25,684 bases of DNA from an uncultured Alphaproteobacteria bacterium (GTDB taxonomy: Bacteria > Pseudomonadota > Alphaproteobacteria > TMED109): the NCBI GenBank assembly GCA_964392475.1, contig CAYMQD010000054.1, forward strand, positions 1 to 25,684, given 5' to 3'. Position numbers and translations under genes: made by a program. Of this stretch, positions 24,186-25,684 are shown piece by piece. Position 1 is the first letter of the stretch, and every line of letters starts with the position of its first letter. Under the pieces are notes generated by a model that made no database searches, was not told the DNA's origin, and saw nothing but the letters and a program-made list of their open reading frames with translations.

Positions 24186-25511
24186 ATGAAATATCCCAAC
24201 TTTTTGCCGGCGATAGCATTATTCACTCTTATGGTGGGAATGTTGGCAGGGCAGCGCTCTGAGGCCGCAGGGACCTATAGTATCAGTTGTACAAATTCAA
24301 CTTATGGAATGCAACTAAGCTTAGAATCAAGCATAGGCGGCAATGGTCCTAGTATTTATTTAGATGCTTACAATAAGGGAGTAGGGGCAGCTCAAAGACC
24401 TGGAGCATACGTCGGTAATGATTGTATTTACTCAGGTGCTGGAAAAACTAACGGAACTGCTGTAGTTGCAGCAGACGTTTCAAGGGTAGCTGTTAATGCG
24501 ATTGTAGGATCAATTACAAATCGTATAGATCAAGCTTTTGCTCAAAGTTCAGATGGTTCTGGAGCAAATATGTCCTTTAGTAACCATGGGGATGGTGTAG
24601 GAATGGCTGCAAATAGAGTTTTTGGTGGCCTAAGCTTATGGGCTGACTATGCTTCTACAGATTTTGATAATACCCAAAGTTTTACGAATGTTAGAATAGA
24701 CTCTAACAATTATGGAGCTGATGCTGATGTTTATTCACTTGGAATAGACAAGACCATTGGTGATAAAGCAATAATTGGTATTGTGGCAAGTAATTTTGAT
24801 ACAAGTATCACAACAACTTTTAATGATGGAACGTATAAGTCCGATGGATGGACTTATGGTTTGTATGCGGCATTTAATCCAGGATTATTAACTATAGATG
24901 CGAGTTATGGAACTGGGGATTACGATATTACAACTACTAGAAGAGATTTAGGTAGTGATAAAGAAATATCTGGGTCCACAACTGCAGATGTCACCTATTA
25001 TCATGTAAGAGCATCTGCTGCTATCAATAGAGGACGTATTGGTATTACACCACGTCTAACATATAGAAAAATGGAACAGGAAATAGAAGGATTTACTGAA
25101 GCTGTTCCTAGTAGTACTGTAACAGGAGGTGGAGCTACAGATGGTATATTTAGCGATACATCATTTGTAGATAACAGTTCTGCTGATGTTACCGTAACGG
25201 GTAGGACAGTTTCATCTAGTACTACGGAAGCTGGTATGCGATTTACAGCCAATGTGGGTAAATTAGTACCGTATCTTGATTTTGCATATTTAAGCGAAAG
25301 TATTACGGCTCCTTCGTATGAATCGGAGTTAGGAACAGATGGTAATGCGGAACAAGAAGCTTCTAGCGATGATTCGTCATGGTTGCTAGGTGCTGGTATA
25401 AATGTAGGTCTTGGTTCAAGAGGTACTCTTGGAATAAGGGCAACAACTAGTATGTCTAAGGACGACTACGATGAGACTACTATTGGTGGTGCTCTGAGGA
25501 TTAGTTTCTAA
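24186..25511 (+). CDS. Autotransporter-type outer-membrane beta-barrel protein with signal peptide and very short passenger
   Basis: Sec signal peptide (cleavage near SEA|A at residue 27); amphipathic helix VSRVAVNAIVGSITNRID; alternating beta-strands from LSLWADY onward (YSLGID, IIGIVAS, YGLYAAF, IEGFTE, LVPYLDFAY); C-terminal GGALRISF with terminal Phe. Confidence 0.8.
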   Translation: MKYPNFLPAIALFTLMVGMLAGQRSEAAGTYSISCTNSTYGMQLSLESSIGGNGPSIYLDAYNKGVGAAQRPGAYVGNDCIYSGAGKTNGTAVVAADVSRVAVNAIVGSITNRIDQAFAQSSDGSGANMSFSNHGDGVGMAANRVFGGLSLWADYASTDFDNTQSFTNVRIDSNNYGADADVYSLGIDKTIGDKAIIGIVASNFDTSITTTFNDGTYKSDGWTYGLYAAFNPGLLTIDASYGTGDYDITTTRRDLGSDKEISGSTTADVTYYHVRASAAINRGRIGITPRLTYRKMEQEIEGFTEAVPSSTVTGGGATDGIFSDTSFVDNSSADVTVTGRTVSSSTTEAGMRFTANVGKLVPYLDFAYLSESITAPSYESELGTDGNAEQEASSDDSSWLLGAGINVGLGSRGTLGIRATTSMSKDDYDETTIGGALRISF

Positions 25512-25544
25512 GACAACAACCTAAGTTAGGTATAATTTATAAAT

Positions 25545-25578
25545 ACGCCCGTCTCTAAATTGGAGGCGGGCGTTTTTT
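25545..25578 (+). terminator. Rho-independent terminator
   Basis: 11-bp GC-rich stem ACGCCCGTCTC / GAGGCGGGCGT (one G-U pair), 7-nt loop, followed by a T-tract; begins 34 nt after the stop at 25511. Confidence 0.9.
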
Positions 25579-25587
25579 AATAAGGAG

Positions 25588-25684
25588 ATGAACATAAAAA
25601 AAGATAAGACGATAAATGTCTTTGGTAATCCAAGCATTAAATCTATCGTTAATATTATAGATTCTATGCCAGTAGTTGAAAGTC
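25588..25684 (+). CDS. Possible start of a downstream gene (partial, product unknown)
   Basis: ATG 25588 opens a frame to the window end (MNIKKDKTINVFGNPSIK...). However, the AAGGAG abuts the ATG with no spacer, and two minus-strand frames are also open here. Confidence 0.25.
   Translation, partial: MNIKKDKTINVFGNPSIKSIVNIIDSMPVVES

Noticed and set aside
853-25252. Short antisense or overlapping ORFs in the track (e.g. 853..1140-, 1209..1568-, 3723..4037-, 5150..5533-, 13174..13446-, 14351..14617+, 17383..17697+, 25001..25252-)
   Set aside because: All lie essentially within or opposite motif-supported genes, show no recognisable motifs, and read as shadow frames.
24186-25511. Higher GC of the autotransporter-like gene as evidence of separate horizontal origin (hand counts: 31/60 at 24241-24300 and 25/60 at 25081-25140, versus 13/60 at 3361-3420)
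   Set aside because: gmd reaches 29/60 at 15601-15660 and the autotransporter drops to 18/60 at 24661-24720. Amino-acid composition (Gly/Ala/Thr-rich) can explain the difference, and no integrase, transposase or tRNA is present.
1-25684. CRISPR arrays, tRNA/rRNA, IS elements, prophage genes, PKS/NRPS megasynthase
   Set aside because: No repeat-spacer arrays, cloverleaf or rRNA-like segments, or mobility genes were seen. The FkbH/ACP/KR/DH genes lack any ketosynthase or condensation domain in the window, so a polyketide cluster is not supported.

Overview
AT-rich (roughly 30% GC by eye) bacterial cell-surface glycan locus, Gram-negative as judged by the LPS-ligase-like and autotransporter genes. 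No mobile elements, RNA genes or CRISPR arrays are visible. There are three blocks. (1) A + strand operon-like run (<3-13813): a nonulosonic-acid module (class III aminotransferase, GNAT with an in-frame premature stop, NeuB-family synthase, aldo/keto reductase), three GT4 glycosyltransferases, an AsnB-type amidotransferase, a DUF218/YdcF protein, a WbpO/TviB-type UDP-HexNAc dehydrogenase, and a methyltransferase-GT2 / GT-C / methyltransferase trio. (2) A convergent - strand unit (21636->13810): MaoC dehydratase, SDR, FkbH, ACP, MBOAT, DltD-like SGNH protein, then gmd and fcl. This is the most interesting element. It looks like a Dlt/AlgI-type trans-membrane acylation machine whose donor is made by polyketide-starter-type chemistry (glyceryl -> pyruvoyl -> lactyl-ACP) instead of by DltA or from acetyl-CoA. 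(3) A divergent + strand O-antigen-ligase/O-OTase-like membrane protein and an autotransporter-like beta-barrel with a very short passenger, followed by an intrinsic terminator. All family assignments come from motif recognition by eye; no database search was run.
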